From assembly GCA_032128875.1 (NCBI GenBank), contig JAVLKG010000006.1, positions 160,001 through 224,000 on the forward strand: a stretch of 64,000 bases of DNA. The letters run 5' to 3'. The DNA comes from Candidatus Melainabacteria bacterium 17Bon1m (GTDB taxonomy: Bacteria > Cyanobacteriota > Vampirovibrionia > Obscuribacterales > Obscuribacteraceae). Below are positions 38,689 through 49,125 of the stretch, piece by piece. The position numbers and the translations under genes are program-made. Positions within the stretch are counted from its first letter, which is position 1, and each line of letters begins with the position of its first letter. The notes beneath the pieces are model-generated. The model worked only from the letters and a program-made list of their open reading frames with translations, was not told the DNA's origin and did not search any database.

Positions 38689-39222
38689 CTACAAAGCCGA
38701 CTTCTTCTCGTATCGCTGAAAGCGGTATTCGATGTCGTTCTCTTCCATGGTATCCGATACGGCAGCAAGCGCGAAGCGGTCGTCTATAGCGGGAAAATGC
38801 GCATCGCAGTCAAACTCTTGCAGAATGCGCGTCAAATGAATTGTGGTGAGCATCGGGTGCTGTAATGCTTCTTTGTAAATCTGTGCGCCGCCTATGATAT
38901 AGCAGTGTTCGTGCGGGATGCTCTCAAGTTTCTCAAGCGCAGATTCCAAACTGTTGCAGACTAAAACACCATCAGGTACGTCGATTTCAGTCTGTTTTGT
39001 AAGGATGATATTCAATCGATCTTTTAGCGGGCGGCGTTTTTCCGGAATTGACTCCCAGGTTTTGCGCCCGACAATAATCGCGTTTTTGTGCTCGCCCGTC
39101 GTACCCGTCGTGAGCGACTGGAAAAACTTCATGTCGCCAGGGATGCGCCACGGCAGTGAATTATCTTTACCAATTCCATTATCGAGATCGGCCGCAACAA
39201 CTATTTCGAGTTTTTCTGCCAC
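38689..39222 (-). CDS. folA: Dihydrofolate reductase
   Basis: GIGKDNSLPWRIPGDMKFF, GRKTWESI, RPLKDRLNII, IIGGAQIY. Confidence 0.96.
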   Translation of the reverse strand: MAEKLEIVVAADLDNGIGKDNSLPWRIPGDMKFFQSLTTGTTGEHKNAIIVGRKTWESIPEKRRPLKDRLNIILTKQTEIDVPDGVLVCNSLESALEKLESIPHEHCYIIGGAQIYKEALQHPMLTTIHLTRILQEFDCDAHFPAIDDRFALAAVSDTMEENDIEYRFQRYEKKSAL

Positions 39223-39278
39223 TGAATGCTCCTGAGAAACTATTTCATCCCGACAGAATTACTTTCAGGAAAGACTAT

Positions 39279-39304
39279 GTCGGCTGGAAGCCGGCGCTCC
39301 GGCC
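39279..39304 (-). repeat. REP-like element GGCCGGAGCGCCGGCTTCCAGCCGAC
   Basis: 24/26 identical to 44017-44042 on the opposite strand. Confidence 0.6.
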
Positions 39305-39307
39305 GGC

Positions 39308-40123
39308 TTATACGGCAACAGGGAATTTGATAAAGCCCTGGTGATCGTAATTTTTCAGAACGAAATCTTCAAACTTGACTTCGAGCACCGGTTTTACAGG
39401 AATCTCAACCTCAGGCAATTGCCCAGGCTGTCTTTGCAGTTGCTTTTGCAGACCTTCCAAATGATTTTGATAAATGTGCGCGTCGCCAATAGTGTGGGTG
39501 AAAATGCCTGGGGTCAGTCCGCACTCTTGCGCCATCATTATCATCAGCAGTGAATAGCTGGCAATGTTGAATGGAACGCCCACCGCAAGGTCGGCAGAGC
39601 GTTGATAGAGTTGGCAATCCAGTCTGCCGTTTATTACATAGAACTGGAACATCATGTGACAAGGCGGAAGCGCCATTTTGGGAATGTCGGCGACATTCCA
39701 TGCTGTGACGATAATGCGGCGCGAGTCAGGATTGTTCTTTATCAGATCAATCGCATTTTGAATTTGGTCGACATGCCGCATCTTGTAAAGTCCGGTCTTT
39801 TCGTCGAGGTCGTATGCCGGCCACTTTCGCCATTGATAACCGTAAATAGGACCGAGTTCACCATCGGGATTCGCCCAAGCATCCCAAATATTGGTGTGCT
39901 CGTGGAGGTCTTCATTGATATTTGTCGAACCCTTGAGAAACCACAGCAGCTCTCTGACAACGGCCGCGAAATTGACTTTCTTGGTCGTCAATAGCGGAAA
40001 GCCCTTGCGCAGGTCGTATTTTGTCTGTGTGCCGAACAGAGAGATAGTGCCCGTGCCTGTCCTATCCTCGCGCTTTTCGCCTTCCTCGAGGACAGTTCTG
40101 ATCAAGTCAAGGTATTGTTGCAT
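39308..40123 (-). CDS. thyA: Thymidylate synthase
   Basis: [43 protein letters not shown]. Confidence 0.97.
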   Translation of the reverse strand: MQQYLDLIRTVLEEGEKREDRTGTGTISLFGTQTKYDLRKGFPLLTTKKVNFAAVVRELLWFLKGSTNINEDLHEHTNIWDAWANPDGELGPIYGYQWRKWPAYDLDEKTGLYKMRHVDQIQNAIDLIKNNPDSRRIIVTAWNVADIPKMALPPCHMMFQFYVINGRLDCQLYQRSADLAVGVPFNIASYSLLMIMMAQECGLTPGIFTHTIGDAHIYQNHLEGLQKQLQRQPGQLPEVEIPVKPVLEVKFEDFVLKNYDHQGFIKFPVAV

Positions 40124-40381
40124 CCTGCTACCTCTCTCATTATTCGGCGATTTGCGCCGGTTTCAACAGCATAAAGAATAGCAGGAAAGCCGCATCGCTG
40201 CCAGGTTCTGTCGTATTTCGAGTCTGTATAAACTCTATATCTTTCGCGGCTCTCATCTGTTTTTATCCATCTTAAAACTAAGCTGAAAACGGAAGGATTT
40301 TGCGATTTGGCACCTTAATATGGTGCGTCCAGATCAAACATTCTTTTGTCTGGTTTTACAGGATGCAGCCAGGAGTTTCCA

Positions 40382-41941
40382 ATGCTTACCGAGTATCGCA
40401 ACGAGCCATTCACGGATTTTTCCAACGCCGACAATCAAAAGGCTTTCACACATGCACTTGATGTGGTCAAAAAGACGTTAGGTAAAGATCATCCGCTCGT
40501 CGTCGGCGGTGAGCGCTTGCCGGTTGAGGGCGATGATTGGTTGGTTTCTACCAATCCGTCTCATCCAAAACAAGTTGTCGGTCGCTACGCGAAAGCCACG
40601 CAACAGCAAGCTGAACGCGCCATGAAAGTTGCCTGCGAAGCATTCGAGAGTTGGAAGCGCGTGCCGGGACCAGAGCGCGCACGTTTCCTTTTCCGCGCCG
40701 CTGCGATTATGCGCCGCCGCAAACATGAGTTCTCTGCATTCATGGTCATGGAAATCGGCAAGAGCTGGGCGGAAGCAGATGCTGATACCGCCGAAGCGAT
40801 TGACTTCATGGAATTCTATGGTCGCGAAATGATTCGCCTCAGCGAGCCTCAGCCGCTGACGAAAAACCCCGGCGAAGAAAACGAATTGCATTACATTCCA
40901 CTGGGCGTCGGCATTGTTATTCCACCATGGAATTTCCCGCTGGCAATTCTTGTCGGCATGACCACCGCATCGATTGTTTGCGGCAACACAGTCATTTTGA
41001 AACCGTCGAGCGAAACACCAGGCATCGCTTGGAAGTTCTTCGAATTGATGGAAGAGTGCGGACTTCCCCCGGGCGTTCTAAACTTCCTTCCGGGCGCTGG
41101 TTCTACAATCGGCGACTTCCTCGTTGAGCACCCGAAGACTCGCTACATCGCATTCACCGGTTCGAAAGAAGTTGGTCTGCGCATCAACGAGTTGGCAGCT
41201 AAGCCCCAGCCCGGACAAATGTGGATCAAGCGTGTTGTTGCAGAAATGGGCGGCAAGGACTCCATCATCGTCGACAACTGCGCCGACCTCGATGAAGCTG
41301 CAGACGGCGTCGTCGCCAGCGCATTCGGATTTGGCGGACAGAAGTGCTCTGCCTGCTCACGCGCAATCATCCACAAAGATGTGTACGACGAGCTGGTCAA
41401 GAAAATCAAAGAGCGTGTCGACAAGCTCGCAATCGGCAACCCTGAGGATCGCAAGCACTATATGGGACCTGTCGCATCCAAGTCTCAGTACAAGAGCGTG
41501 CTTGAATACATCGAAATCGGCAAGAAAGAAGGCAAACTGCTTTGCGGCGGCAACGCAATCAAGAACAAAGAAGAAGGCTTCTTCATCGAGCCGACCGTGA
41601 TTGCTGATGTCAGCCCGACTGCGCGCATTGCGCAAGAAGAAATCTTCGGACCCGTACTCGCGCTCATCAAGGCAGACGGCTGGAGGCACGGATTGGAAAT
41701 CGCCAACAACACCGAATTTGGTTTGACCGGTGCCGTCTACTCCAAAAACCGCCGCAACCTCGAACAAGCTCGCCACGACTTCCATGTCGGCAACTTGTAC
41801 ATCAACAGAAAGTGCACAGGCGCGCTCGTCGGTGTTCATCCGTTCGGTGGTTTCAATATGAGTGGAACCGATTCCAAGGCTGGCGGTAGAGATTATCTGC
41901 TGCTCTTCACACAAGCAAAATCAATCGCAGAACGTTATTAA
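40382..41941 (+). CDS. pruA: 1-pyrroline-5-carboxylate dehydrogenase (RocA/PruA type)
   Basis: YRNEPFTDF start, PPWNFP, FTGSKEVG, AEMGGKD, GQKCSACSR, EEIFGP, SGTDSKAGG. Confidence 0.92.
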   Translation: MLTEYRNEPFTDFSNADNQKAFTHALDVVKKTLGKDHPLVVGGERLPVEGDDWLVSTNPSHPKQVVGRYAKATQQQAERAMKVACEAFESWKRVPGPERARFLFRAAAIMRRRKHEFSAFMVMEIGKSWAEADADTAEAIDFMEFYGREMIRLSEPQPLTKNPGEENELHYIPLGVGIVIPPWNFPLAILVGMTTASIVCGNTVILKPSSETPGIAWKFFELMEECGLPPGVLNFLPGAGSTIGDFLVEHPKTRYIAFTGSKEVGLRINELAAKPQPGQMWIKRVVAEMGGKDSIIVDNCADLDEAADGVVASAFGFGGQKCSACSRAIIHKDVYDELVKKIKERVDKLAIGNPEDRKHYMGPVASKSQYKSVLEYIEIGKKEGKLLCGGNAIKNKEEGFFIEPTVIADVSPTARIAQEEIFGPVLALIKADGWRHGLEIANNTEFGLTGAVYSKNRRNLEQARHDFHVGNLYINRKCTGALVGVHPFGGFNMSGTDSKAGGRDYLLLFTQAKSIAERY

Positions 41942-42097
41942 TTCCCGCGATTGAATCTTTGATTTCGAATTTTCAAAAGGACGTATCCGCGTCCTATCAT
42001 GCATCACAGCCGTTTTTACGGCATTTGCGGCATGGTTACCGATTGGCGTTTCAGGGAACATCTGGGACATACCCTGCTGCCTCTCAGGTTCTGAAAT

Positions 42098-43321
42098 TTG
42101 ACGGACGATTCCGAACGGGATACCGTTTTCGTCCCTACCGGACAAGTGCCGGTGGGGAATATGCCTTTGCTCAACGCCAACCTCGAAAATTTTGAGGGTG
42201 TCGATCCCTTTATCGGGACTCAAATCGATAACAAATACGATGTTTTGGAAAACGTCGGGCAAGGCGGGATGAGCGTTGTTTATAAGGCGATGCAGACAGC
42301 GATGAATCGCGTCGTTGCGTTGAAGATGTTAAAGATGGGCTTGTCGTCCGACCCAATCTTCAAACAGCGTTTTGTACGCGAAGTTTCACTGCTCGGAAAG
42401 CTCAATCACCCAAACATTGTCACTGTTTTTGACTCAGGCACAACACCTGATGGTCACCTTTATCTGGCGATGGACTTTCTCTCCGGCTCTACGTTGCAGG
42501 ACGTCCTTGATAAATCAGGTGCTATGCCGATAGAGCGCGCCGCGCCACTCATCTTGCAGATCTGCGATGCTCTCAATCATGCCCATAAGCGCGACATTAT
42601 TCACCGTGATCTGAAGCCAGGCAACATCATGATTGAAACAGATCATCGCGGGCAGGAGGTCGTGAAGATTGTCGACTTTGGTCTTGCGAAGATGGGCGAG
42701 GGCAGCGAACGATTGACGCGCGCTGGAGAACTTTGGGGAAGTTCATTCTATATGAGCCCTGAGCAATGCAATGGCGCAGAGTCGGATGTACGCACTGATA
42801 TTTATTCTTTCGGCATCGTAATGTATCAAATGGTCACTGGCAAAGTTCCGTTTCGCGGCAGCGGATTTATGGAAACCGTAACTAAGCAACTGAATGAGCC
42901 TCCGCCCCCTTTGAAGATCACGAAAGCTGATCTCAACTTGCCCGACATGCTTGAAATTGTTATGTTCAAGTGTCTTGAGAAAGCCCCGGAGAACCGCTTT
43001 CAGTCAGTGGCGGATTTGAAATCGGCATTACAAACAGCATTGCCGGATCCTCGCAAGAACGACGTTCGAGCTTCCACCGGTCCCCAACGAAAGATTGCCC
43101 CACCTCCACCTCCACCACCTCCGAGGAAAGTAGAGGTGAAGAAGGCAAAAACCGGAAGCAGTTCAACCATGAAAGGCATTATCGTTTTGGTTGTTGTAGT
43201 CGTCATTTGTGCGCTTGCAGTCTTCTTTGTGTTGAAAGGACGTAACCCAGCACTGGCACCAGATACGGTGCCCGCCGCTTCGGCTCCAAATGCTCCTGCA
43301 TCCACCGTCAAGAAACATTGA
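42098..43321 (+). CDS. Membrane-anchored Ser/Thr protein kinase
   Basis: GQGGMSVVY, VALK, HRDLKPGN, DFG, YMSPE; C-terminal TM. Confidence 0.95.
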   Translation: MTDDSERDTVFVPTGQVPVGNMPLLNANLENFEGVDPFIGTQIDNKYDVLENVGQGGMSVVYKAMQTAMNRVVALKMLKMGLSSDPIFKQRFVREVSLLGKLNHPNIVTVFDSGTTPDGHLYLAMDFLSGSTLQDVLDKSGAMPIERAAPLILQICDALNHAHKRDIIHRDLKPGNIMIETDHRGQEVVKIVDFGLAKMGEGSERLTRAGELWGSSFYMSPEQCNGAESDVRTDIYSFGIVMYQMVTGKVPFRGSGFMETVTKQLNEPPPPLKITKADLNLPDMLEIVMFKCLEKAPENRFQSVADLKSALQTALPDPRKNDVRASTGPQRKIAPPPPPPPPRKVEVKKAKTGSSSTMKGIIVLVVVVVICALAVFFVLKGRNPALAPDTVPAASAPNAPASTVKKH

Positions 43322-43416
43322 CCTTTTCAAATGTCTCAAAATTCGCCTGAAATTCGAAATCAGCGCGCTGCTTGTCTATAATTTCCTGTGCTGTGACTGT
43401 TGTGCGATTGAATACC

Positions 43417-44007
43417 ATGCAAGAAATAGAAAAAACAGACAAAAGAAGTTCGTTCTCTAAAAGCAAAGCGGCAATGGTCTTGGGTATTGTTGTCCTGCTT
43501 GGCGTTATCGGGTTTCTCGTCTATTTGAGTCAGCCGAAAGATCAAACGGCTCAGGCTCCAGCGGAAGAAGGTCATAAGCGCACCAAGCAGTCTATAGGGG
43601 TTTATTCTCGCTTAAAGTCGGACGTCACCGAAGTCACCGACTCGAAGGATAAATCGCAGCCCAGGGAGAAAGTGGAACTGCCAGTTGCGGAAGAGAAAAG
43701 CTTACCAAAGACAGAGAAACAACCCGCCGCCGCCGAGAGAACTGAGCCTCCTATTCCTGTTGAAGTTTTGAAAGGCGAAACAACAAACGCTGCGACTAGT
43801 GATTCTGATGCTGCTGCACCAAAGGCGACGGAAAAGGCGACAGGGAAATCTGCTGAAATATCCGCTCGCAAAACTGCCGACAAACCTGCAATGGTCGCAG
43901 CGCCACATCATATAAAGAAGCATCATAGAAGCGAAGTGACGTTTTTCGAACTGGCGCCAAATAGTGGAAAGCACTCGCCCGACAATCTTGATCGAGTGGC
44001 TAACTAA
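43417..44007 (+). CDS. Hypothetical single-pass membrane protein
   Basis: N-terminal TM followed by a low-complexity region; start uncertain. Confidence 0.6.
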   Translation: MQEIEKTDKRSSFSKSKAAMVLGIVVLLGVIGFLVYLSQPKDQTAQAPAEEGHKRTKQSIGVYSRLKSDVTEVTDSKDKSQPREKVELPVAEEKSLPKTEKQPAAAERTEPPIPVEVLKGETTNAATSDSDAAAPKATEKATGKSAEISARKTADKPAMVAAPHHIKKHHRSEVTFFELAPNSGKHSPDNLDRVAN

Positions 44008-44016
44008 TTGAAGTTT

Positions 44017-44098
44017 GGCCGGAGCGTCGGCTTCCAGCCGGCAGTTGAAACAGCCAGGATGGCGGCGCTCCGTCCAGGCGCATACAATGCGCCGCTAC
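44017..44098. repeat. Cluster of REP-like palindromes between convergent genes
   Basis: 44017-44042, an inverted variant at 44053-44071, and GGCGCATACAATGCGCC at 44077. Confidence 0.6.
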
Positions 44099-44107
44099 GT
44101 TTTGAAT

Positions 44108-45970
44108 CTAATATGTGTAAGAAGTCTGATATGCGCGGCGGCGCGGCACATCGCTGTTTTCCGAACGAATTTGACTTCTGAGCTCGTTTGCTCTGGCGCC
44201 GGAAGTATGCGGCTCGCGAGTAGCACGAACGACCGACGCGTCCGATATCTGTTGTTTGCGTTTGTATGGGGGTTCGCCTTCGAAATTGACTGGCTCGCCT
44301 GGTTTTACCGGAACTTCCGGCGCTTCTTGGTTTACGGCGCCAGAGTCTTTCACTTCACCTGACTGATTGTCGGCGCCTGATTGGTTTCCACCAGATTTTT
44401 GAGAACCTTGATCAGTAAGATCAGCAGGATGGTTTGCATTCGTCGCGTCAGTTGCAATTGTCGTGAAATTCGACAGATCTTGAGCGCTCGATTGCTGTGA
44501 ATCTATTTGTGCTGCATTATTTTGCGCAAGTGCAGTGTTACTTTGTTTTGTTTGCGACTCTTCGACAGGCGAGTCATCTTTTGCCGCTAGCAATCGCTTC
44601 GAAATTTCAGGCATTCTTTGCTGCAGTTCCAATGCCTCACGTTCGGCATCTTTGGCATTCATTGCATGGCGAACATTTACCGTTGCGACAAAGCCGATGA
44701 CGCCTGCCATTACTGCGGCAGTTAGATAGAGAGGAACTTCAAACTTCTTGGAGCCAAGAGTCTGAATCTTCGCTGCTTCCTTTTGCATGGCAGCAACGTC
44801 TGCTTTGTGACGTGCTTCTGCTTTTGCGCGGGCGCGTGCTTCGGCTTTTGCTTTTGTGTCGCCTTCTTTCGCCAATGCTTTTGCTTTTGCGGCATCAGCA
44901 GGAGTTATCGAGGAAACGGGGGTGATGATTGGCGAAGATTTTGCAGCCGCTTGCACGACTTCAGCAACAGGAACAACCACAGGCGCGAAATCAGATACCT
45001 TCGGAGTTCCAATTGCATTGAGCTCATCAAGGCTGTATGTCTTTTTGACTTTTGCGACCGGTCTTTCCGGTTCTGGCTCAACTTGTTGAGAAGCATGTCT
45101 CCATGAGCGCATCCATTTGGCTAAATCCTGAGCATTTTGGAAGCGATCTTCCTTCTCTTTGGCGAGACATTTGAATACTGTTGCTTCGACGTGAAATGGA
45201 ATATCCAATTCCGGTGCGGACTCTTTGAAGCGGCGCGGCAGTCCACTCTTCTGATTGGCAATTAGCTGCTCGACGTCTTCGCAGACGTAAGGCAATCTGC
45301 CTGTGAGCGTCATATAAAGAACAACGCCGACACTGTAGATATCGGAACGCTCATCTGTTTCATCGCCGTTTAAGGCTTCCGGACTTGCATATTCCGGTTT
45401 GAAAGTCTTTGGCTCGTGGCGCTGCACCGCATCATCTTTGATTGTGGCGCCACCGAAGTCGGTGAGTTTTGCAATCTGTGAGGATTCGTTGTCTCCCAGC
45501 AGGAAGATGCATGAGGGGGTGATTTCGTTGTGGACAACGCCGGCCTCGTGCGCGGCATTAAGCGCTTCGGCAACTTCAAGGAATATTGGATAGACCAATT
45601 CCGCCGGCAATGGACCTTCGGCGGTGAGCATTTCGCCAAGGCACATGCCTGTAACGTGTTCGAAAACTATGTACAAATTCCCGCGGTCGGAAAAATGATC
45701 CAGCATTAATGGAAGGTTGTGATGCCGGGCTCGGTTGAGAGCTCGGATTTCCGACTGGAAAAGGTCAGCCTGCGCTTCTTTCGAAATCTTGGCGCGGGTC
45801 AATTCTTTGATGGTTACCAAACGACTAGTGCGGCGGTCGCGGGCGCGATAGAGGTTGTACCTGCCGGTCGAGCAGATAATTCCAGTCACGCTGTAAATGC
45901 CGTTGAGCGTGGCGCCGATTGGATATGCGCGGGCTAATTCAAAGGTGGTTTTCGGCTTGCTGGTGACCAA
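44108..45970 (-). CDS. Ser/Thr kinase-like membrane protein, probable pseudokinase
   Basis: Kinase fold with TIK, DFG and YASPE, but catalytic loop HNEITPSC and degenerate Gly-loop; central TM. Confidence 0.85.
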   Translation of the reverse strand: MVTSKPKTTFELARAYPIGATLNGIYSVTGIICSTGRYNLYRARDRRTSRLVTIKELTRAKISKEAQADLFQSEIRALNRARHHNLPLMLDHFSDRGNLYIVFEHVTGMCLGEMLTAEGPLPAELVYPIFLEVAEALNAAHEAGVVHNEITPSCIFLLGDNESSQIAKLTDFGGATIKDDAVQRHEPKTFKPEYASPEALNGDETDERSDIYSVGVVLYMTLTGRLPYVCEDVEQLIANQKSGLPRRFKESAPELDIPFHVEATVFKCLAKEKEDRFQNAQDLAKWMRSWRHASQQVEPEPERPVAKVKKTYSLDELNAIGTPKVSDFAPVVVPVAEVVQAAAKSSPIITPVSSITPADAAKAKALAKEGDTKAKAEARARAKAEARHKADVAAMQKEAAKIQTLGSKKFEVPLYLTAAVMAGVIGFVATVNVRHAMNAKDAEREALELQQRMPEISKRLLAAKDDSPVEESQTKQSNTALAQNNAAQIDSQQSSAQDLSNFTTIATDATNANHPADLTDQGSQKSGGNQSGADNQSGEVKDSGAVNQEAPEVPVKPGEPVNFEGEPPYKRKQQISDASVVRATREPHTSGARANELRSQIRSENSDVPRRRAYQTSYTY

Positions 45971-46372
45971 GCGCAGCTTCCCTCATGCGTCTGTAGTTCA
46001 ATACTAAAGCCATTTGGGCGCTAACCCTAATAAGAAACCATTCACCAACATGAGCTAACTTTAGCCAAATTTGTTTTTGTTGTGAAATTGATGAATGTCC
46101 GCTGTGCGTCGGCGATTTGTTGAGGTTTTGATTGAATGGTTTTGAGCAAATTTTCTTAGACAAGCTGGCATTATATTTGGTATCAGTCTCGTGCTCGTCG
46201 AATCGGATGGATGTGTTGACATCTCCGCTGTTCTGAATTTGTTTTGTACGATGTAGATGCGCTTGACTACGCCTTTGACGATTCACGGGTAACTGTTCTG
46301 ATAGAATCTAACAGTGCTATTCGCGCACAATTACTAGTAGTCCGCTGGCAGCTTGGTTTGGAGGTTCGTTAG

Positions 46373-46810
46373 ATGGTTGAAACCATTCAACTCGTGAGAC
46401 AGATTGCAGTTAGAGCGATCGTCACGGAGAACTTCAAAGGGCAAGTCGGCGGGGAAATCGCGCGCAATCTTCAGCAAATCGATGCTGAATTGCAGCAATT
46501 GGAATTTAAAGGAAAACGTGCCATCGCTGATATCGAAAAGCGCAGTGGCGGAGCTGTTACAGCCGACGCACGAGTGCAAATCGAGACAATAAGACAGCAG
46601 ATCGAGGCTGAAAAGATGCGCCTCCTCCAATATAAAGAGGAAATGCAAGGACAAAGCCAGGCGCTGACAGAATTGCCGGTCGGCAGTGTAGTAACTCAGT
46701 TTACGGTTGAAAATCCCGTCGAAGTTCGCGTTGGAGAAAACATCTTCCAGCGCTTGGAAGGCGGCGAGATTCTTGTCAAGGACGGCATCATTCAAGAGAT
46801 TCGCGTCTAA
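46373..46810 (+). CDS. YlqD-family protein
   Basis: 'IAVRAIVTENFK...QQIDAELQQLEF...VEVRVGENIFQRLEGGEILVKDGIIQEIR'; GGAGG RBS. Confidence 0.85.
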   Translation: MVETIQLVRQIAVRAIVTENFKGQVGGEIARNLQQIDAELQQLEFKGKRAIADIEKRSGGAVTADARVQIETIRQQIEAEKMRLLQYKEEMQGQSQALTELPVGSVVTQFTVENPVEVRVGENIFQRLEGGEILVKDGIIQEIRV

Positions 46811-46933
46811 GTTCAACTGACCTGGTTTGATTCCATTGTTTTGGAACAGATTCAAAAGGTTCGTTTGTTTTAGCGCGTCTTGAAATGACGCCGTCCAAGC
46901 AATTGTTCTTCTTTGTGCTTCGAGATGATCTTC

Positions 46934-47998
46934 TTATAGATACTCTTTCAGCCTAAGCGTAATGTTGCTTTGGCGAAGAGCTCTCAAAGCCTTCAGCTCA
47001 ATTTGTCGAGTTCGCTCGCGGGTGATACCCACAAGTTTTCCAACTTGCTCGAGAGTGCGTTGCTTACCGTCATTCAGTCCGAATCGTAGGATTAGAACCT
47101 CGCGCTCACGCGGAGTGAGCATAGACAATACGCCACGAATGTCGCTAGACATCAGGCTCGCCTCAGTTGAATCCTCAGGGCGAGAAGAATTCTCGTCCTC
47201 AACAATCTCTGAAAGTGAGTTGTCATCGTCCTCTCCGTATGGAGTGTCCAGTGACAGTGGTGAGCGGTTAGCGGCAAGGATCTCTTTGATCTTCACTACA
47301 GACACACCCATGCCCTTCGCTAGATCCTCGAGATTAGGTCTGCGACCCATTTCTTGAGAGAGCTTGCGAGTTACTTTTCTGAGGTTGTTGATTGTCTCGA
47401 CCATGTGGACAGGCACGCGAATAGTGCGTGATTTATCGGCGATGGCGCGAGTGATGCCCTGACGAATCCACCAAGTTGCATAGGTAGAGAACTTGTAGCC
47501 TCGCTCCGCATCGAACTTCTCAGCGGCGCGAATCAGACCGAGGTTGCCCTCTTGAATCAAATCAAGGAATGGAAGACCGCGACCTTGATACTTTTTGGCT
47601 ACTGATACAACCAGTCGAAGATTGGCTTGTACCAGGCGCTTTTTAGCCAGCATGTCGCCGGCGGCAATGCGTCTGGCCAGTTCGATCTCCTCTGAGGCGG
47701 TCAACAGTTTGATTCGTCCGATTGAGCGCAGATAGAATTGAACCGGGTCCTCTGACGTACCAGCGCGACGTCCGATCGGCGCGTATGAAGACGCGTCGTC
47801 GTCTGAGTCGTCACCGACTGCACCAAGCTCTACTTCATCATCCGTATTGAATGCTGCTGAGTATCCCGGCACTAGGTCGTCCAGAGTGTATTCATCGATA
47901 GATGGAGCGTACTTCCTAATCATTTTCCTGACGGCTTTAGCCGCTGTACGGTAATACAACGAGGTCCGAAATCGGATCTCAGAATTTTGGGGATGCAA
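46934..47998 (-). CDS. RpoD/SigA-family sigma-70 factor (true start probably internal, e.g. 47923)
   Basis: [51 protein letters not shown]. Confidence 0.95.
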   Translation of the reverse strand: MHPQNSEIRFRTSLYYRTAAKAVRKMIRKYAPSIDEYTLDDLVPGYSAAFNTDDEVELGAVGDDSDDDASSYAPIGRRAGTSEDPVQFYLRSIGRIKLLTASEEIELARRIAAGDMLAKKRLVQANLRLVVSVAKKYQGRGLPFLDLIQEGNLGLIRAAEKFDAERGYKFSTYATWWIRQGITRAIADKSRTIRVPVHMVETINNLRKVTRKLSQEMGRRPNLEDLAKGMGVSVVKIKEILAANRSPLSLDTPYGEDDDNSLSEIVEDENSSRPEDSTEASLMSSDIRGVLSMLTPREREVLILRFGLNDGKQRTLEQVGKLVGITRERTRQIELKALRALRQSNITLRLKEYL

Positions 47999-48132
47999 AT
48001 GCCCCGCCCTTTGGGGCAGTTACATATCTATTTGTTTGTCCCACCAACGCTTGAGACGGTACTTCTATTTAAATGTTCCGACCCACTACTTGAAAAGTGG
48101 GTTATCCCTAGATCTGAACAGGGGCTGGGTTT

Positions 48133-49125
48133 TTACTTGAACTTGCCGTAACTGTGCAGCCCGCCCAGTCCTAGGGAGTTGAATCCCAGGTAAGTCATCA
48201 GTGTTAAAAGTAGACCGACGATGGAAACCAGCGCCAACCTTTCAGCGGAGCACTCGCGATGCACTCTCAAATGGATGTATGCCGCATAACTCAGCCAGGT
48301 AACAAGGGCCATGGACTCTTTCGGGTCCCAGGACCAGTAGGTGCCCCACGCGTGATTCGCCCACAAACCGCCTGTAATAATCCCGAAAGTGAGGGCCGGC
48401 ATACCGATCGCGATGCATCGATAGCTGACGTCATCGTAGACTTCGGCGAGTTTTGCATCCCCGATTTTTTTATCAACTCTCTGTAATAGTTTGAAACTAA
48501 TCACCGAACCAACCAAACTGGCTCCGGCAAAGAGTATTTGAAGCCATGCTGTATCAACAGTGGTGAAAGTGCCGAGCACGACTGCCAGCAACGCCAAACA
48601 AACAGTGACTATTGCTGTAATCAGGCTCTGGATGCGCCCAGCCATGTAGAGCTGGATAAAACCTGCAAGTCCGCCAAGGAAAAACAAGGCATAGGAGACG
48701 ATCAATGGTGGAACGTGAATCCAGCGCCAATAGCTGACAAGCGCTGGAACCAGCGGTTGGATGTCGTGCTGCGATTGCGGCAGCCAGCTACCGTAGAGAA
48801 ACATCAGCAGCGCCGTCAAGCTGGCGAGCCATCCCAATTGCCTTACTCCATAAGCTTTTGCAAGTACGAGGTAAGAACCCATTGTTGCCCAGGCAAACCA
48901 GAGCAGAGACTCGTACAGATTAGCCAGGGGGAAACGCTGTGCATCGATGCCCCGAATAATGATGGCTGCTGTCAGACTCACAAACGCTAAAACCATCGCC
49001 CCGGAGCCGATTTTGACCATCAGGTCTTTGCGTTGTTTGAACCCGTTAGAAGCAGCAAAAACCCAGAAGGACATCACCGACGTGATGCCTGCCGTGTTTG
49101 TTAGTGCCATCTGCATCTCGGACAT
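48133..49125 (-). CDS. ccsA: Cytochrome c biogenesis protein CcsA/ResC (system II)
   Basis: FPLANLYESL, WANHAWGTYWSWDPKE, GLHSYG. Confidence 0.95.
   Translation of the reverse strand: MSEMQMALTNTAGITSVMSFWVFAASNGFKQRKDLMVKIGSGAMVLAFVSLTAAIIIRGIDAQRFPLANLYESLLWFAWATMGSYLVLAKAYGVRQLGWLASLTALLMFLYGSWLPQSQHDIQPLVPALVSYWRWIHVPPLIVSYALFFLGGLAGFIQLYMAGRIQSLITAIVTVCLALLAVVLGTFTTVDTAWLQILFAGASLVGSVISFKLLQRVDKKIGDAKLAEVYDDVSYRCIAIGMPALTFGIITGGLWANHAWGTYWSWDPKESMALVTWLSYAAYIHLRVHRECSAERLALVSIVGLLLTLMTYLGFNSLGLGGLHSYGKFK

Noticed and set aside
46334-46855. 173-aa minus-strand ORF
   Set aside because: Antisense to the recognisable YlqD-family gene.
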